Source: Candidatus Peregrinibacteria bacterium
GTDB lineage: Bacteria > Patescibacteriota > Gracilibacteria > Peribacterales > Peribacteraceae
Direction: 5' to 3'
Length of the DNA stretch: 40,712 bases
Assembly (NCBI GenBank): GCA_016201685.1
Contig: JACQCJ010000058.1
Location: forward strand, 1-40,712
Under the pieces are notes generated by a model. That model saw nothing but the letters and a program-made list of their open reading frames with translations, ran no database searches and had not been told where the DNA came from. Shown in pieces: positions 38,228-40,712 of the stretch. Numbering within the stretch: position 1 is the first letter of the stretch; each line of letters opens with the position of its first letter. A program made the position numbers and the translations under genes.

Positions 38228-38412
38228 GCTATTTGGATCTTTGACATCACATTCACCTCTACAGATCTCTTTTCGCGAAACGCGGACGAGTCTTTCTGGC
38301 ACGTTGCCAGTCGGATAAACCCGCTTCACAGTTACTCCATGAGCACCTTCTTTTGAAGTCACGCCTGTGGGGGACGTGATGACGAAAGGAGATCTTGTGG
38401 AGGGAGGTATCT

Positions 38413-38829
38413 ATGAACAGTTTTGTTCGGGTGGCAGCGACCCTTATCGCTGTGTTCGTTTGTGCACAGAATCTGCAGGCTGAATCGATCGCTGCGTCCT
38501 ACTCTGGCAGTACTGGCAAGGTGACCGTCGCGTTCGACGACAGCTCGGAGACTACGGTTTCCATCACGGTGAACGGCACGATTACGGGCTTCAGTACCGA
38601 CAAGGAATCGAAGCTCGAGCCGAAGTGGACCTCGGTCAAGAATTACTTCACGGCCTCCGGTCGGACCTGGAAGGCCTACGGCCCTCTGGCCTCCGAAAAG
38701 CCGCTCGAGGTCTGCGGGCACTATTTCCACTTCACGGTGCTCCGGGCCAACGGTTCGACGTACAACGTGCCGGGCTTCTACAATGGATCATTCCTCGCGA
38801 TTGATCCGAAGAAGTTGCCCAAGAACTAG
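38413..38829 (+). CDS. Secreted hypothetical protein (138 aa) with signal peptide
   Basis: MNSFVRVAATLIAVFVCAQNLQA-ESI... is a signal peptide, followed by a beta-rich mature part. SD GGAGGGAGG lies upstream. Confidence 0.6.
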   Translation: MNSFVRVAATLIAVFVCAQNLQAESIAASYSGSTGKVTVAFDDSSETTVSITVNGTITGFSTDKESKLEPKWTSVKNYFTASGRTWKAYGPLASEKPLEVCGHYFHFTVLRANGSTYNVPGFYNGSFLAIDPKKLPKN

Positions 38830-38845
38830 CTGTCAACTTTCCCCC

Positions 38846-38887
38846 ACAAAAAATCCCTCATCCACTACTCAGTGGCATGGGGGATTT
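38846..38887 (-). terminator. Strong hairpin between convergent genes; Rho-independent terminator for the minus-strand operon
   Basis: 38851-38861 pairs with 38877-38887 (11 bp), there is a bulged C at 38876, and an inner CCACT/AGTGG stem with a 4-nt loop. On the minus strand it is followed by TTTTTGTGGGGG. It overlaps the TAA of the 278-aa ORF. Confidence 0.45.
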
Positions 38888-39722
38888 AGAAGCGATCATT
38901 ATCAATTCGCTGAACTCCGTCGTCCGGAAGCGGCCCAAATATATCATCCAAATTGCGATCAGCAACAATACTATCACTGGCTGGTTGACGCTGGGGAGGC
39001 GTTGGAGTCGGTCTTACTGGCGCCGGCTCCGTTTGATTCGGCTGTTCAGGAAGTTCCGTGCGCGGAGGGCGTCCAGCTCCCATCTGTTCAAGCAGTGCCA
39101 GACGCTCATTCTGCTCGCGTTCCAGCTCCGCTTGATGCTGCTGCTGCTCCAATGCAATGATCCGCGCCATCTGCTCATCGTCCACGACGTGCTCTTCGCC
39201 TTGAGAATCGATTACGAAACTGTTGCTGCCTTCCATGGGTATGGACACCCCGTCTTCGTCTTCATCGTGTGCATGCAATTCATAGATCCCCACGGTGCCG
39301 TCGCCGTGCTCGATGCGAACGGTGGCGTAATGACCGTGTTCGACGGGAAAATCAAATTCGTGACCGTCGAAATGCAACACGTCGTCTTCATCATCCCATT
39401 CGATTCCCGCGGCGTTGCGCATGCCAAATCTGCCGCCCAGCCGCTCAACGTTTGGCCGGAGATTCGGCGTGAAATCATGGATGCCGGCGACGAAGCGACT
39501 GACGATGCCATGGATGGAGTCGCTCAATCCCCTGCCGACATTCGTCACTTCGCGGCGGGTCTCGGGCGATTGCGTCTGCCACACATCCTTCATGCGCTTC
39601 TCGAAATCGTGCATGATCTTCGAGAAGTTTCCAAATTCCGGAAGTTGCGGCAAGCCCTCGGGGCCTTTCTCGAACGATTGCCGGGCGAGGAGACGGTGTT
39701 CGGAGTGGAAGTGGATGTGCAT
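38886..39722 (-). CDS. Hypothetical acidic/His-rich protein (278 aa) with Pro/Gln-rich C-terminal region
   Basis: Protein-like composition (HFDGHEFDFPVEHGHYATVRIEHGDGTVGIYELHAHDEDEDG; coiled QQQHQAELEREQNERLALLEQ). The opposite-strand 392-aa ORF is R/L/G-rich and judged an artefact. Confidence 0.5.
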   Translation of the reverse strand: MHIHFHSEHRLLARQSFEKGPEGLPQLPEFGNFSKIMHDFEKRMKDVWQTQSPETRREVTNVGRGLSDSIHGIVSRFVAGIHDFTPNLRPNVERLGGRFGMRNAAGIEWDDEDDVLHFDGHEFDFPVEHGHYATVRIEHGDGTVGIYELHAHDEDEDGVSIPMEGSNSFVIDSQGEEHVVDDEQMARIIALEQQQHQAELEREQNERLALLEQMGAGRPPRTELPEQPNQTEPAPVRPTPTPPQRQPASDSIVADRNLDDIFGPLPDDGVQRIDNDRF

Positions 39723-39749
39723 GGTTTGTGTGGGAAACGGAGAAACCGA

Positions 39750-39971
39750 TCAGGCGGCTTTGGACGACGTGCGCACGGCGATGGCTTCGACGGTGCTGCG
39801 CGCCTGCGAGACTGCTTCTTTGGCGCCCTCGTACGCCACATGCAACTGCGCCGAAATACCGTCGCGGGCACCGGGGCTGAGCGACTGCGCGATGGAGAGG
39901 AGGTACTGGATGAGCGCTTTGGGCAAAAACGTCGAGGAGATCACCTGGGCATGGAAGTCGGCGAGAGTCAT
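39750..39971 (-). CDS. Small hypothetical protein (73 aa), upstream of the 278-aa ORF
   Basis: MTLADFHAQVISSTFLPKALIQYLLSIAQSLSPGARDGISAQLHVAYEGAKEAVSQARSTVEAIAV is helical. There is a 27-nt gap to the next ORF and a promoter-like TGCTATACT upstream. Confidence 0.4.
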   Translation of the reverse strand: MTLADFHAQVISSTFLPKALIQYLLSIAQSLSPGARDGISAQLHVAYEGAKEAVSQARSTVEAIAVRTSSKAA

Positions 39972-39995
39972 AGGTGCGGTGTGGATGTTGCTCCC

Positions 39996-40004
39996 AGTAT
40001 AGCA
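39996..40004 (-). promoter_or_regulatory. Extended -10 promoter for the 39971 operon
   Basis: The minus strand reads TGCTATACT. ATG 39971 is 24 nt downstream. Confidence 0.35.
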
Positions 40005-40032
40005 AAAAAGCGGTTGGAGGGGAATGGGGGAA

Positions 40033-40298
40033 TGTGTGTTGTTTTTGTTCTGTAGGTGACCTCACCCCCTGCCCCTCTCCTTTTCTTGGGTTGTCCTTTT
40101 TTCGGGAATGAAAGATATTCTTGAAGATTCAGAGGAAGGGGGGTGTTTTGTTTGTGTTGTATGGAAGCAAAAACATACAAAACATTCCCCTCTCCAGCTC
40201 TTCGAAAAGAGTATCACTTCCTCCATTTTCGGCACAATCAATCCTAAAGGCTGGAGAGGGGTTAGAGGTGAGGTCACCTACAAAACAACAAACAAAAA
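40033..40298. repeat. About 265-bp MITE-like element bounded by ~45-nt terminal inverted repeats
   Basis: Left arm TGTGTGTTGTTTTTGTTCTGTAGGTGACCTCACCCCCTGCCCCTCTCC (40033-40080). Right arm GGAGAGGGGTTAGAGGTGAGGTCACCTACAAAACAACAAACAAAAA (40254-40298). Partial arm-like copies occur inside (40138-40168) and at 30436-30460 (CCTACAAAACAACACACAAACC). Confidence 0.75.
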
Positions 40299-40363
40299 TC
40301 AATCAAAAATCAATAACCTCGAGATGATTGGATCCCTCCCTGCCCTCCTCTACGCTATCTGCA

Positions 40364-40712
40364 ATGACAGTCTCCGCAGCCACCAATGCCCACGAGTGGG
40401 ACGCCTTCCTCATCGGTCAGCGTTTCCGCCCGTTCCTCCAGAGCTGGACAATGGGCGAAGTGTATCGGGAGATCGGCCAGGAACCGGTTCGCCTGGAGGT
40501 TCGAGAAAACGGGAGGATCGTCGGCATCTGCTTCGGGCATGTTGTTCCCGCTAAGCGAGGAAAACATTTGGCCATTCCCTATGGACCAATTTGCGAAGGG
40601 CGAATTGCGAAGGGCGAATTGGACATTGATTCGCAACTCGCAACTCGCAACTCGCAATTCTTCCCATGGATTGATTCTTTGAAAGAAATTGCCAAAGCAC
40701 ATCGCTGTTCCT
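40364..40712 (+). CDS. FemAB-family (aa-tRNA-dependent peptidoglycan interpeptide-bridge transferase-like) protein, 5' part; runs off the right window edge
   Basis: This frame is not in the ORF track because it has no stop before the edge: MTVSAATNAHEWDAFLIGQRFRPFLQSWTMGEVYREIGQEPVRLEVRENGRIVGICFGHVVPAKRGKHLAIPYGPI[CEGRIAKGELDIDSQLATRNSQF]FPWIDSLKEIAKAHRC. The bracketed part is encoded by the GCGAA repeat. Confidence 0.65.
   Translation, partial: MTVSAATNAHEWDAFLIGQRFRPFLQSWTMGEVYREIGQEPVRLEVRENGRIVGICFGHVVPAKRGKHLAIPYGPICEGRIAKGELDIDSQLATRNSQFFPWIDSLKEIAKAHRCS
40588..40660. repeat. GCGAA-heptamer palindromic element inside the FemAB-like CDS
   Basis: AATTTGCGAAGGGCGAATTGCGAAGGGCGAATTGGACATTGATTCGCAACTCGCAACTCGCAACTCGCAATTC. 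Two inverted arms of tandem (G)CGAA(N)T units, the same family as 20847-, 22039- and 35190-35234. Confidence 0.8.

Overview
This is a 40.7-kb fragment of a moderately GC-rich bacterial chromosome, with standard code 11 (TGA, TAA and TAG all end conserved ORFs). Housekeeping genes present: eno, pgk, rplS, bcp, rarA, tsaE, tRNA-Pro(GGG) and tRNA-Met/Ile2(CAT). Cell-envelope genes present: a MurF-like ligase with an N-terminal membrane segment, a DegT-type aminotransferase, a GT4 WecA/MraY-family transferase, a pyruvyl transferase, an M23 peptidase, a FemAB-like gene and a stand-alone DUF2156 protein. The gene content and compact layout resemble Patescibacteria/CPR-type genomes, but that is inference only.

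At least three AT-richer accessory patches are interspersed:
- 26.4-28.1 kb: a Xer-like recombinase plus a decayed GIY-YIG gene.
- 30.25-32.75 kb, next to tRNA-Met: a GIY-YIG gene, an ATP-grasp-like ORF and an NT/HEPN pair.
- 36.6-38.1 kb: an NYN nuclease, a DegT 3' relic and vapBC.

The main recurring signal is that three loci (tRNA-Pro, the xer-like gene, the DegT-like gene) each carry a duplicated copy of the target gene's 3' end bracketing a small cassette with no recognisable integrase. This suggests a 3'-end-replacing insertion mechanism, and the NYN and GIY-YIG nucleases are the only candidate mobility functions.

Other notable signals:
- Several short interspersed palindromic (MITE/REP-like) repeat families. 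Two copies are inserted in frame inside coding sequences (DegT, FemAB), as Rickettsia palindromic elements are.
- A HepT toxin interrupted by an in-frame TAA.
- A bL19-pyruvyl-transferase single ORF and a TsaE-HD fusion.
- A consistent '-10 box, then 6-8 nt, then start codon' (leaderless) promoter layout.

No rRNA, CRISPR array, reverse transcriptase or complete secretion or defence operon of a known type was seen. All family assignments come from motif recognition by eye and need HMM or BLAST confirmation.
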